Source: Actinomycetes bacterium (lineage in GTDB: Bacteria; Actinomycetota; CALGFH01). Taken from it: a stretch of 40,616 nt of DNA. The notes below the pieces were generated by a model, which made no database searches, was not told where the DNA came from, and was given only the letters and a program-made list of their open reading frames with translations. The position numbers and the translations under genes were made by a program. The first letter of the stretch is position 1. Each line of letters begins with the position of its first letter. Positions 1-9,087 of this stretch are shown in pieces. The stretch lies in assembly GCA_035275125.1 (NCBI GenBank), contig DATENJ010000300.1, forward strand, positions 1 through 40,616, given 5' to 3'.

Positions 1-1
1 C

Positions 2-1285
2 CTCCGGGCCCAGCGGGACTGGGCGGCCCGGCAGCCGCTCGAACGGGCGGAGGCGCTCCGTGCGTTCGCCGCGCGGGTCCGCGAGCTGGCCCCGGAGCTC
101 TGCCGCATCGACGCCGAGGACTGCGGGATCCCCATTCGCACGATGGAGGCCGAGGTCCGCACCGGCGCAAGCTACCTCGACTACTTCGCCGGCCTGGTGC
201 TGGAGCTGAAGGGGCAGACGATCCCGGCCACGGTCGGGAACCTCCACTACACCGTGCGCGAGCCGTTCGGCGTCGTGGGGCGGATCATCCCCTACAACCA
301 TCCGGTCATGTTCGCGTGCGAGAAGATCGCCGCGCCGCTGGCCGCCGGGAACGCGGTCGTGCTCAAGCCCGCCGAGCAGACGCCGCTGTCGGCGCTTCGG
401 CTCGCCGCGCTGGCGCTCGAGGTCCTGCCGCCAGGGCTGGTCAGCGTGCTCACCGGGGACGGCCAGACGACCGGCGCGGCGATCGTGGCTCATCCCGCCA
501 TCCAGCGGCTCGCGTTCACCGGCGGCGTCGCCACCGGCCAGGAGGTGCTCCGGGCCTCGGCCGCCTCCCTCAAGGAGGTCAGCCTGGAGCTGGGCGGGAA
601 GAACCCGATGATCGTGTTCCCCGACGCGGCCGTGGACGCGGCGGCGGAGGCCGCGGTGACGGGCATGAACTTCCAGATCTCGGCGGGACAGTCGTGCGGG
701 TCCAACTCGCGCATTCTCGTCCACCGCGACCTCTACGAGCCCTTCCTGGAGCGCTTCCTGGCGCGGGTCCGCGCGATCCGGCTGGGGCCCGCCGTTGACC
801 CGCAGACCGAGATGGGCCCGCTGATCACCGACACGCACCGCGACCGGGTGTGCGGCTACATCCGCTCCGCGACCGAGGAGGGCGCGCGCCTGCTCAGCGG
901 CGGCTCCGTCCCGCAGGACCGTGCCGGTTACTTCGTCGAACCGACCGTCTTCGACCGGGTCAGCCCCGGCATGCGCATCGCCGAGGAGGAGATCTTCGGC
1001 CCGGTGGTGACGCTGTTCGCATGGGACCACGTGGACGAGATGCTCCAGCTCGCCAACGGCGTTCGCTACGGTCTCACCGCGAACATCTGGACCAACGACC
1101 TGCGGCAGGGCCACCGCGTCGCGGCCGCGCTGGAGGTGGGATACGTCTGGGTCAACGGGAACGGCCGCCACTATGTCGGCACCCCCTTCGGGGGCTACAA
1201 GGCGAGCGGGATCGGGCGCGAAGAGTCGATCGACGAGCTGTTCAGCTACACCAGGGTCAAGACCGTCAACGTGATCCTGGAGTGA
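2..1285 (+). CDS. NAD(P)+-dependent aldehyde dehydrogenase, 5' end cut by window edge
   Basis: The track ORF is 143..1285, but the frame stays open back to nt 2. The upstream residues (LRAQRDWAARQPLERAEALRAFAARVRELAPEL..) read like an ALDH N-terminal region. Catalytic motifs ELGGKNP (Glu) and GQSCGSNSR (Cys) are present, as is the C-terminal PFGGYKASGIGRE. Confidence 0.9.
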   Translation, partial: LRAQRDWAARQPLERAEALRAFAARVRELAPELCRIDAEDCGIPIRTMEAEVRTGASYLDYFAGLVLELKGQTIPATVGNLHYTVREPFGVVGRIIPYNHPVMFACEKIAAPLAAGNAVVLKPAEQTPLSALRLAALALEVLPPGLVSVLTGDGQTTGAAIVAHPAIQRLAFTGGVATGQEVLRASAASLKEVSLELGGKNPMIVFPDAAVDAAAEAAVTGMNFQISAGQSCGSNSRILVHRDLYEPFLERFLARVRAIRLGPAVDPQTEMGPLITDTHRDRVCGYIRSATEEGARLLSGGSVPQDRAGYFVEPTVFDRVSPGMRIAEEEIFGPVVTLFAWDHVDEMLQLANGVRYGLTANIWTNDLRQGHRVAAALEVGYVWVNGNGRHYVGTPFGGYKASGIGREESIDELFSYTRVKTVNVILE

Positions 1286-2207
1286 CCCGGCCGGCGTCGG
1301 GCCGGGGCCGGTAGGCGCCGTCGGCCGCGAGCTCGCGCGCCATGGTGAGGAAGCTCTGCAGCACCGGGTTGGTGTCGTTGGCCCGCCAGATGAGCAGGTG
1401 TTCCCAGTAGGGGGTCGGGTTCACGAGCCGGCGGAGGACCACCCCACGAGGGTCGGTGGCGAGCGCGGTCGACTCGGGGACCATCGCCACGCCGAGCCCG
1501 GCGGCGACCCACAGGTAGATCTCGTCGCGCTCCAGCGACTGCAGCTGCACGTCGGGCACGAAGCCAGCCTCCCGGAAGAAGCCGCTGACGACCTCGTGCA
1601 GGTGGGGGTTGAGCTCGCGCCGCCACAGGTTCCAGGTGTCGTCGGCCAGCTCCGACAGCGGCACCTCGTCGAGGCCGGCCAGCCGGTGCTGCTCGGGCAA
1701 CGCGATCATGAGCTGCTCCCGGTCGAGCACGACCGACTCCACATCGGGCGTGATGACCGGCGCCAGCCCGAAACCGACGTCCAGCGCGCGCCGGAGCAGG
1801 GACTGCACGATCTTGGGGGTGAGGGCGAACAGCCGCAGCGGCAGCGAGATCGTCGGGTGGCGCGAGCGGAAGCACGGCAGCAGCGCCGACAGGATGTAGT
1901 GCGTGGCCTGCTCGATGTAGCCGACCTGCAGCTCGCCGATCTCGCCCCGGGCCGCCTGCCGGGCGATCGCGGCCGCCCGGTCGGCGTGGAAGACCACCTG
2001 GCGCGCCTCTTCGAGGAAGCGCTTGCCGGCGCTGGTGAGCTCGACGCTGCGGCTCGTCCGGTGCAACAGCTTGACACCGAGCTCGCGCTCCAGCTGGCTG
2101 ATCTGCTGGCTCAGGCCGGGCTGCGCGATGTACAGACGCTCGGCCGCCCGCCTGAAGTGCAGTTCCTCGGCAACCGCGACGAAGTACCTCAAATGCCGGA
2201 GCTCCAT
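1266..2207 (-). CDS. LysR-family transcriptional regulator
   Basis: The N-terminus MELRHLRYFVAVAEELHFRRAAERLYIAQPGLSQQISQLERELGVKLLHRTSR is the canonical LysR wHTH, and the length is 313 aa. It is divergent from the hyuA operon. Its 3' end overlaps the ALDH 3' end by 20 nt. On its strand, TATCAT + 6 nt precedes the ATG. Confidence 0.93.
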   Translation of the reverse strand: MELRHLRYFVAVAEELHFRRAAERLYIAQPGLSQQISQLERELGVKLLHRTSRSVELTSAGKRFLEEARQVVFHADRAAAIARQAARGEIGELQVGYIEQATHYILSALLPCFRSRHPTISLPLRLFALTPKIVQSLLRRALDVGFGLAPVITPDVESVVLDREQLMIALPEQHRLAGLDEVPLSELADDTWNLWRRELNPHLHEVVSGFFREAGFVPDVQLQSLERDEIYLWVAAGLGVAMVPESTALATDPRGVVLRRLVNPTPYWEHLLIWRANDTNPVLQSFLTMARELAADGAYRPRPDAGRVTPGSR

Positions 2208-2213
2208 GGCTGA

Positions 2214-2219
2214 ATGATA
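2214..2219 (-). promoter_or_regulatory. -10-like TATCAT placed 6 nt before the LysR ATG (leaderless-type promoter)
   Basis: The minus strand reads CTTATCATTCAGCC-ATG. There is no SD. Confidence 0.4.
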
Positions 2220-2272
2220 AGTCCTTCTTCTTGATCCGTCGCCATGCGTTATTGGACATCGCCTCCGGCCAC

Positions 2273-4360
2273 ATGCTTTATCAGGCTCAGAGGCGTGGAA
2301 GGAGGCTGGACATCAGGCTCACGCTCGGGGTCGACATCGGCGGGACGTTCACCGATCTCGCGCTGCTGGCCGGCGAGGGCGCCATCGTCATCGCCAAGGT
2401 GCCGACGATGCCCGACCGGATCGAGGAGAGCGTGCTCGCGGGCATCGACGACCTCGGCATCGATCTCTCCGAGATCGCCCGGCTGGTCCACGGGACCACG
2501 GTCTGCACCAACGCCCTCCTGGAGCGTCGCGGAGCGCGCATCGGCATGCTGACCACCCGCGGCTTCCGCGACGTCCTGACGCTCGGTCGGACCGAGCGGA
2601 GCGTCCCCTACCTGCCCTCGTACGCCCCGCCCCTGCCCCTGGTCCCGGTCGACCTCACCTTCGAGGTGCGCGAGCGCACCACGGCGGACGGGACCATCCT
2701 CGCGCACCCCGACCGTGACGAGGTCGCGCGCGCGGTGGTTCGGTTCCGCGACCAGGGCGTCGAGGCGATCGTGGTCGGCTTCCTGTGGTGCGTGAGCAAC
2801 CCCAGCAACGAGCTGGCGGTCAAGACGATGCTCGGGGAGCTGTGGCCCGACGTCGCGGTGTTCTGCTCCTGCGAGGTCCTGCCCGAGTTCCGGGAGTACG
2901 AGCGGTTCTCGACCACGGCGATGAACGCCTACCTCGCGCCGATCCTGCGCACCTACGTCGGCAAGCTCGACCGGCGCCTGGTCGAGCGCGGGTTCCGCGG
3001 CGACCTCAGCGTCATGCAGTCGAACGGCGGACTGATGTCGCCCCGCACGGCCGGCGACAAGGCCGTCAGCACCATCCTGTCGGGACCGGCCGGTGGCGTC
3101 ATCGCCGCGCGCAGCATCGGCGTGCTCGCCGGTGAGCGGAACCTCATCTCGCTCGACACCGGCGGCACCTCCACCGACGTGTCGCTGATCGTCGACGGCG
3201 AGCTGCTGTTCACCAAGGACCAGCGGATGGAGCGCTACCCGATCCGCATCCCCATGATCGACATCCACACCGTCGGCGCCGGCGGTGGCAGCATCGCCCG
3301 CATCGACGTCGCGGGCGCGATCCGCGTGGGACCGAGGAGCGCCGGCAGCTACCCCGGTCCGGCCTGCTACGGACGGGGCGGCACGGAGCCGACCCTCAGC
3401 GACGCCTACCTCGTCACCGGGAGGCTCGGCGAGCACAGCTTCCTCGGCGGCGCCATGGAGGGCCATCCCCGGCTCGCGTGGGAGGCGATCGAGCGCCACG
3501 TCGCCCAGCCGCTGGGGATCGCCGTCGAGGAGGCCGCCGACGGCATCTGCCGCGTCGGCGAGGAGCTGGTCAACCAGGCGATCCGGGTGGTGTCGGTCCA
3601 CCGAGGCTACGACCCGCGCGACTTCGCCCTGTTCGCCTTCGGCGGCATGGGGCCGCTGCAGAGCGCGGTGATCGCCGAGGGCCTGGGGATCGCGACCGTC
3701 ATCGTGCCGCCCCACCCGGGCGTGACCGCCGCGGTCGGCCTGCTGTTCTCCGACATCACCCATGACTTCGTGCGCACCCGCATCGCCCCCCTGGCCGGGG
3801 TCGCGCCGCAGGACCTGTCCGGCGAGTTCGCCGAGCTGGAGGCGCTCGCGCTGTGCGCGCTCACCGACGAGGACGTGCCCGAGGACCGCCGCACGCTGCT
3901 GCGGTCGATGGACCTCCGCTACCGGGGCCAGGCGTACGAGATCACGATGTCGGTCCCGGGAGGCGGCCCGCTCAGCGGCGACGACCTCGCCGAGTGCGCA
4001 CGGCGCTTCCACGACCTCCACGAGAGCATCCGCGGGATCTCCCTGCGCGACTTCCCCATCGAGATGGTGACGCTGCGCGTCAAGGCCGTCGGCGAGACCG
4101 ACAAGCCGACGATCACGCCGGCGCCGGAACGCGGCCCCGAGATCGCGCCCGAGGGCGCCCGGAGCGGGCGGCGGCGCGTGCTCCACGAGCGGTCGTGGCA
4201 CACCGCCTCGGTCTACCTCCGCCAGCACCTCGGCTGGGGCAACGTCGTGCCCGGCCCCGCGATCGTGGAGTCGCTGGACTCCACGATCTTCATCCCACCG
4301 GGCTGGGCGGGGACCATCGACTCCCTGCGCAACCTCGTCCTCCAGCGGGAGCGGGCATGA
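2273..4360 (+). CDS. hyuA: hydantoinase A/oxoprolinase family protein (ATP-dependent cyclic-amide hydrolase, alpha subunit), copy 1
   Basis: Motifs [45 protein letters not shown] and SLDTGGTSTDVS are present. The start is uncertain: in-frame candidates are TTG 2231 (track), ATG 2273 (used here) and CTG 2306 directly after a GGAAGGAGG box. The stop overlaps the hyuB start (ATGA at 4357-4360). Confidence 0.85.
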   Translation: MLYQAQRRGRRLDIRLTLGVDIGGTFTDLALLAGEGAIVIAKVPTMPDRIEESVLAGIDDLGIDLSEIARLVHGTTVCTNALLERRGARIGMLTTRGFRDVLTLGRTERSVPYLPSYAPPLPLVPVDLTFEVRERTTADGTILAHPDRDEVARAVVRFRDQGVEAIVVGFLWCVSNPSNELAVKTMLGELWPDVAVFCSCEVLPEFREYERFSTTAMNAYLAPILRTYVGKLDRRLVERGFRGDLSVMQSNGGLMSPRTAGDKAVSTILSGPAGGVIAARSIGVLAGERNLISLDTGGTSTDVSLIVDGELLFTKDQRMERYPIRIPMIDIHTVGAGGGSIARIDVAGAIRVGPRSAGSYPGPACYGRGGTEPTLSDAYLVTGRLGEHSFLGGAMEGHPRLAWEAIERHVAQPLGIAVEEAADGICRVGEELVNQAIRVVSVHRGYDPRDFALFAFGGMGPLQSAVIAEGLGIATVIVPPHPGVTAAVGLLFSDITHDFVRTRIAPLAGVAPQDLSGEFAELEALALCALTDEDVPEDRRTLLRSMDLRYRGQAYEITMSVPGGGPLSGDDLAECARRFHDLHESIRGISLRDFPIEMVTLRVKAVGETDKPTITPAPERGPEIAPEGARSGRRRVLHERSWHTASVYLRQHLGWGNVVPGPAIVESLDSTIFIPPGWAGTIDSLRNLVLQRERA

Positions 4361-6435
4361 TGCCGCCGCGGGCCGGCCGGGTGGACCCGTTCGCCGTCGA
4401 GATCATCCGCAGCTCGCTCTGGTCGAGCTGCCAGGAGATGGCGTTCACGCTGACGCGCACCGCCTACTCCCCGATCATCCAGTTCAACGAGGACTTCTCG
4501 ACCGGCATCTTCGACGCGCAGGCGCGGATGATCGTGCAGGGCCCGGGCCTGGTCGCCCACATCATCCCCATGGAGACCTGCGTCCAGGAGGCCGTGGCCG
4601 AGATCGGCGTCGACAGTCTCGAGCCCGGCGACATGGTGATCTCCAACGATCCCTTCCGGGGCGGCACGCACCTGCCCGACGTGGCCGTCGTCGCCGCCTA
4701 CCACGTCGACGGCGAGCTGCTGCTGTTCGCCGGCAACCGGGCCCACTGGGACGACATCGGCGGGATGATGCCCGGCAGCATGACCGGGGCCTCGACCGAG
4801 CTGTTCCAGGAAGGCCTGATCATCCCGCCGACCAAGATCGTCGAGCGCGGGCGCATCCGGCAGGACATCGTGAAGATGATCGTGGAGAACACCCGCCTGC
4901 CGATCGCCCGCACCGGAGACCTCAACGCGCAGATCGGCGCGAACCGCGCCGCCCTCAAGAACCTCGACCAGCTCGTCCGGCGGTACGGGGTCGATGCCAT
5001 CCTCGAGGCCAAGGAGCACGTCCTCCACCAGGCCGAGGAGGCGGCGCGCGAGGCGATCAGCGAGATGCCCGACGGGCGCTACGAGTACGAGGACTACATG
5101 GACAACGACGGCATCGAGCAGCGGCCGCTGCGCATCCGCTGCGCGGTGACCATCCAGGGAGACTCGATCGTCGTCGACTTCACCGGCTCGGACCCGATGC
5201 CGCTCGGACCGTGCAAGTCGGTCCGGACCACCACCGAGGCGGCCGTGTACGGCACCGTCAAGTCCCTCATCAGCCACGACATCCCCGTGAACAACGGCTT
5301 CTTCCGGCCGATCGAGGTGATCGTGCCCGAGGGGGCCTTCCTGAACCCGGTGAAGCCGGCGTCGGTCTGCGGCGACACCGAGCCGATGTCCCGCGTCCAG
5401 GACGTCGTCATGGGCATCTTCGCCCAGATCGTCCCCGACCGCGTGGTGGCCTGCCAGTACGGGTCGATCAACCACATCATCGCCGGTGGCCGCTGGCCCG
5501 ACGGCGACCGCTTCGTGCTGTACGAGGCCCCCTGCGGCGGGATCGGCGCGATGCACGACCGCGACGGCCCCACGGCGTCGATGCTGATGTGCGGGGACGT
5601 CAAGAACCAGCCGGTCGAGGTGCTCGAGCAACAGCACCCCGTGCTGTGCTACGGCTACGGCCTGCGCAAGGACTCCGGCGGCGCCGGACGGTTCCGGGGC
5701 GGGCTCGGGCTCGAACGGGTCTACGAGTTCCTTGTGCCGGTGACCGCCTCGCTCATCTCCGACCGCTGCATCCTGCGCCCGTTCGGCGTGCTCGGCGGCT
5801 ACGACGCCGCTGGCGGATCGTGGGTCCTCGACCCCGGGGAGGCAGGGGAGCGGTTCCTCGCCGGCGACCTCCGGAGCAAGATCTCCGGCGCCGAGCTGCC
5901 CGCCGGAACGGTGCTGCGGATCCTGACGTCGGGCGGCGGCGGCTACGGCGACCCGCTGCAGCGGGTTCCCGACCTGGTCCTGCAGGACGTCCACGACGGC
6001 TGGGTGTCACGGGAAGCCGCCGCGGGCGTCTACGGCGTCGTCCTCACCGAGGCGGCCACGGGCTGGGCGGTGGACGGGGACGCGACCAGGCGGCTGCGAG
6101 CGGAGCGCAACGCGGAGCGGGAGCGACGGCGACTGGAGGTGGTGGCCAGCGCCGACCTCGGCGACGGCTCGGCGCTGCTCAACCCTGCCGACCTCGCCCC
6201 ACTCGCCCTCGCCGAGGGCGAGTGGGCCTCGCTGCTGGGATCGTCACCGGCGCCGGTCAGGGCGACGGTGCAGGCGAGCGAGCAGGTCCCGGTGGGCAAG
6301 GTCGCGCTCCCGCCGCACCTGCTGCGGCTCCTGCAGCCTGGCGGTGACGCGCAGACCTGCCAGGTGCTGCCGGCGCCGTTGCTCGGCAGCGAAGCCGGGG
6401 ACGATTGGTGGCCGACATTACGAGCTGGGAGATAG
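4357..6435 (+). CDS. hyuB: hydantoinase B/oxoprolinase family protein, copy 1, with a C-terminal extension of about 100 aa
   Basis: The track ORF 3853..6435 is over-extended. The ATG at 4357 overlaps the hyuA stop. The sequence has MMPPRAGRVDPFAVEIIRSSLWS.., NDPFRGGTHLPD and GGGGYGDPL. The paralog at 24358..26058 is 126 aa shorter. Confidence 0.88.
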   Translation: MMPPRAGRVDPFAVEIIRSSLWSSCQEMAFTLTRTAYSPIIQFNEDFSTGIFDAQARMIVQGPGLVAHIIPMETCVQEAVAEIGVDSLEPGDMVISNDPFRGGTHLPDVAVVAAYHVDGELLLFAGNRAHWDDIGGMMPGSMTGASTELFQEGLIIPPTKIVERGRIRQDIVKMIVENTRLPIARTGDLNAQIGANRAALKNLDQLVRRYGVDAILEAKEHVLHQAEEAAREAISEMPDGRYEYEDYMDNDGIEQRPLRIRCAVTIQGDSIVVDFTGSDPMPLGPCKSVRTTTEAAVYGTVKSLISHDIPVNNGFFRPIEVIVPEGAFLNPVKPASVCGDTEPMSRVQDVVMGIFAQIVPDRVVACQYGSINHIIAGGRWPDGDRFVLYEAPCGGIGAMHDRDGPTASMLMCGDVKNQPVEVLEQQHPVLCYGYGLRKDSGGAGRFRGGLGLERVYEFLVPVTASLISDRCILRPFGVLGGYDAAGGSWVLDPGEAGERFLAGDLRSKISGAELPAGTVLRILTSGGGGYGDPLQRVPDLVLQDVHDGWVSREAAAGVYGVVLTEAATGWAVDGDATRRLRAERNAERERRRLEVVASADLGDGSALLNPADLAPLALAEGEWASLLGSSPAPVRATVQASEQVPVGKVALPPHLLRLLQPGGDAQTCQVLPAPLLGSEAGDDWWPTLRAGR

Positions 6436-6437
6436 GG

Positions 6438-7322
6438 ATGGCGGAGCTGGTCTACCTCAACGGTGCGTTCGTGCCGCGCTCGGAGGCGGCGATCTCCATC
6501 GACGACCGCGGCTTCGTCTTCGCCGACGCGATCTACGAAGTGGTCAAGTGCTACCGGGGCCGGCCGTACCGGCTCGACGACCACCTCGCCCGCCTGGCGA
6601 GGGGCGCCGAGGTGGTCCGCCTTGACCTCGACGGCGGTGTCGGCGAGCTGGCCTCCGCGGTCGAGCGCCTGCTGCGCGAGAACCACCTGCTGGAGGTCGA
6701 CGCGAGCCTCTTCCTCCAGGTCTCCCGGGGACCGGGGCCCCGCAACCATCCCTTCCCCACCTCGGCGCGGCCGACGACACTGGTGATCGCCTCTCCCGTC
6801 CCCCCGCTTGACCCGGTCACCTATTCGCAGGGTGTGCGTGCCATCACCGTCCCGGACCGGCGCTGGGGCATGTGCGACGTCAAGACCGTCGGGCTGCTGC
6901 TCAACGTGCTCGCCAAGCAGGCCGCGCTCGACGCCGGGGTCGCGGAGGCGATCTTCGTCCGCGACGGGGTGGTGGTGGAGGGCGCCAGCGCAAACTTCTT
7001 CGCCGTCCGGGACGACCGCCTCATCACCCACCCGGAGGGCCCGCAGATCCTGCCGGGGATCACCCGCCAGGCGGCGCTGGAGAACGCGGCCGCGGAGTGC
7101 ATCCCGGTGGAGCTGCGAGGCCTGAAGGTCGAGGAGCTGGCGACCATCGACGAGGCGTTCCTCACCGGCACCGGCACCGAGGTCCTCCCGATCGTCGAGA
7201 TCGACGGCCAGCCCGTTGGGTCGGGAACCCGAGGGCCGGTCACCGAGGTGCTCCAGCGGCGCCACTTCCTCCTGACGCGAGGAGCCGGGATCGAGGCCGC
7301 AGGCACCGGTTCGGGGCGCTGA
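6438..7322 (+). CDS. dat: D-amino-acid aminotransferase (fold-type IV PLP enzyme)
   Basis: The ATG at 6438 lies 2 nt after the hyuB stop. DDRGFVFADAIYEVVKCY, LQVSRGPGPRNHPFP and RWGMCDVKTVGLLLNVLAKQ (Lys in CDVK) line up with the Bacillus DAAT motifs as I recall them: DRGYQFGDGVYEVVKVY, FQVTRGTSPRAHQFP and RWLRCDIKSLNLLGAVLAKQ. Confidence 0.82.
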   Translation: MAELVYLNGAFVPRSEAAISIDDRGFVFADAIYEVVKCYRGRPYRLDDHLARLARGAEVVRLDLDGGVGELASAVERLLRENHLLEVDASLFLQVSRGPGPRNHPFPTSARPTTLVIASPVPPLDPVTYSQGVRAITVPDRRWGMCDVKTVGLLLNVLAKQAALDAGVAEAIFVRDGVVVEGASANFFAVRDDRLITHPEGPQILPGITRQAALENAAAECIPVELRGLKVEELATIDEAFLTGTGTEVLPIVEIDGQPVGSGTRGPVTEVLQRRHFLLTRGAGIEAAGTGSGR

Positions 7323-8323
7323 TGCGACCGATCCGCGTCGTCCAGTTCGGCCTCGGCTCGATCGGCCGGGCCGTGGCCCGGCTGGTGCACGACAAGCAGG
7401 GGCTGGAGCTCGTCGGCGGGATCGACGTCGCCCCCGAGGTCGTCGGCCGGGACCTCGGCGAGGTGCTGGGGCTGGACGGCGCGCTCGGCGCGCCGGTGGC
7501 GGCGGACCACGCCGCCCTCCAGGAGCTCGCGCCGGACGTGGTCGCCCTGTGCACCCGCTCCCTCCTGGAGCAGGTCGAGCCGCAGCTGCAGGCCTGCATC
7601 GAGGCGGGCGCGAACGTGGTGTCCACCTGCGAGGAGCTGTCCCACCCCTCGACGGCCAACCGCGCCCGCTGGCAGCGGCTGCACGAGGCGGCCGCCGGCG
7701 CGGGCGTGACCGTCCTCGGCACGGGCGTGAACCCGGGGTTCGTGCTGGACTCCTTGCCGCTGTATGCCACCGCGGTGTGCGAGCGGGTCGACGCCATGCG
7801 CCTGCGGCGGGTGGTCGACGCGTCCAGCCGCCGGCTGCCGCTGCAGCGCAAGATCGGCGCCGGGCTGTCGCCGGACGAGTTCCGGCGGCTGGCGCGCAAG
7901 GGCTCGATCGGGCACGTGGGGCTGGTCGAGTCGGCCAGCATGGTCGCCGACCGGCTCGGCTGGGAGCTGGACACCATCGACGAGCGGCTCGACCCCTGCC
8001 TCGCCGGCGCCCGCGTCACCACCCCTCACCTGACCATCGAGCAGGGCATGACGACCGGGATCCACCAGGTGGTGCAGGGGCTGCGGGGCGGCACGGTGGT
8101 GCTCACCGTCGACCTCGAGATGCGCGTCGACGCCACCGACAGCTTCGACGCGATCGAGATCGACGGGACGCCCGACGTCAGCCTGCGGTTGCAGGGGGGC
8201 GTGAGCGGCGATGTCGCCACCAGGGCGATCACGGTCAACTCGATCCCGAGGGTGGTCGCGGCGCCGCCCGGGCTGCTGCGGATGATCGACCTACCGCTCA
8301 TCTCGGCGTTCGGGGCCGTATGA
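7322..8323 (+). CDS. DapB-fold NAD(P)-dependent dehydrogenase, 2,4-diaminopentanoate dehydrogenase / native amine dehydrogenase-like
   Basis: The ATG at 7322 overlaps the dat stop (TGATG); the track ORF 6872.. is over-extended. The N-terminal Rossmann motif is MRPIRVVQFGLGSIGRAVARL and the length is 333 aa. The family assignment is from memory of this architecture, not from a search. Confidence 0.7.
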   Translation: MRPIRVVQFGLGSIGRAVARLVHDKQGLELVGGIDVAPEVVGRDLGEVLGLDGALGAPVAADHAALQELAPDVVALCTRSLLEQVEPQLQACIEAGANVVSTCEELSHPSTANRARWQRLHEAAAGAGVTVLGTGVNPGFVLDSLPLYATAVCERVDAMRLRRVVDASSRRLPLQRKIGAGLSPDEFRRLARKGSIGHVGLVESASMVADRLGWELDTIDERLDPCLAGARVTTPHLTIEQGMTTGIHQVVQGLRGGTVVLTVDLEMRVDATDSFDAIEIDGTPDVSLRLQGGVSGDVATRAITVNSIPRVVAAPPGLLRMIDLPLISAFGAV

Positions 8324-8356
8324 CCGGTCTCAGCGGGTGACAGGAGGCGCATCCGG

Positions 8357-9073
8357 ATGGACGTCACAGACCACAAGCGTCGGCTCGTCAACTGCCTCCG
8401 CATCATGGAGCGCGAGGGCCTGTTCGAGCTCACCTACGGGCACATGAGCTGCCGCCACCCCACCGAGCAGGGACGGTTCCTGATCCTCGGGAACCTGCAC
8501 GACCGCGGGATGCACATCGCGGACGTGACCGTCGACGGCATCGTCACCATGGACGAGCGCGGGGAGACCCTCCCGGGCGAGGTTGACGGTCCGGGCGAGC
8601 GCTTCATTCACCTCGGCGCCTATGCCGCCCGCCCCGACGTCCACGCGGTCGTCCACTGCCACCCGCCCCTGTCGACCTCGTTCAGCGTCGCCGGCGTGGA
8701 GATCCTGCCCGTCGACCACCTCGGGTTGATCTTCACGCCGAGCGTCCCCATCCACGACTACTCGGGGCAGGTGGACACGCCCCAGAAGGGAGCCGCGGTC
8801 GCCGAGACGCTCGGCGACCGCACCGCGGTGCTGCTCCGCTCGCACGGGGTCGCCGTGGTCGGGGACGACATCGAGAAGGCCTGCCTGGCCACACTGGCCC
8901 TGGAACGGACCGCGGCCATGCAGCTCCACGCGAGCCAGATCGGCACGCCGCGGCCGGTCCCGCCCGAGTACACGATGGACGGTGGCCGCTTCAGCGAGGG
9001 GCTGGACGAGAAGGAGTACTTCGAGACCGCCTGGGCCTATTACGCGTGGAAGTACAAGACCTCGCTCATGTGA
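8357..9073 (+). CDS. class II aldolase/adducin N-terminal domain family protein
   Basis: An AGGAGG box sits 7 nt upstream of the ATG. Family-typical segments are ERFIHLGAYAARPDVHAVVHCHPP and AVLLRSHGVAVVGDDIEKA. It is the last gene of the plus-strand operon. Confidence 0.85.
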   Translation: MDVTDHKRRLVNCLRIMEREGLFELTYGHMSCRHPTEQGRFLILGNLHDRGMHIADVTVDGIVTMDERGETLPGEVDGPGERFIHLGAYAARPDVHAVVHCHPPLSTSFSVAGVEILPVDHLGLIFTPSVPIHDYSGQVDTPQKGAAVAETLGDRTAVLLRSHGVAVVGDDIEKACLATLALERTAAMQLHASQIGTPRPVPPEYTMDGGRFSEGLDEKEYFETAWAYYAWKYKTSLM

Positions 9074-9087
9074 GCGGCTGCCGGGGT

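Noticed and set aside
2297-2314. A strong SD-like GGAAGGAGG inside the 5' end of hyuA1, suggesting a start right after it.
   Set aside because: The only in-frame codons at a suitable distance are CTG (0 spacing) and ATC (6 nt), which are both non-canonical. It is recorded as start-site uncertainty rather than as a call.
3853-4356. The N-terminal 168-aa extension of hyuB1 in the ORF track, together with similar extensions of 6872..7321, 9916..10626, 10734..11165, 18968..18994, 21778..21894, 29720..29782 and 36148..36327.
   Set aside because: The extensions overlap the preceding gene in another frame and are Arg/Pro-rich. Canonical family N-termini with coupling overlaps or SD boxes occur at the internal starts I used.
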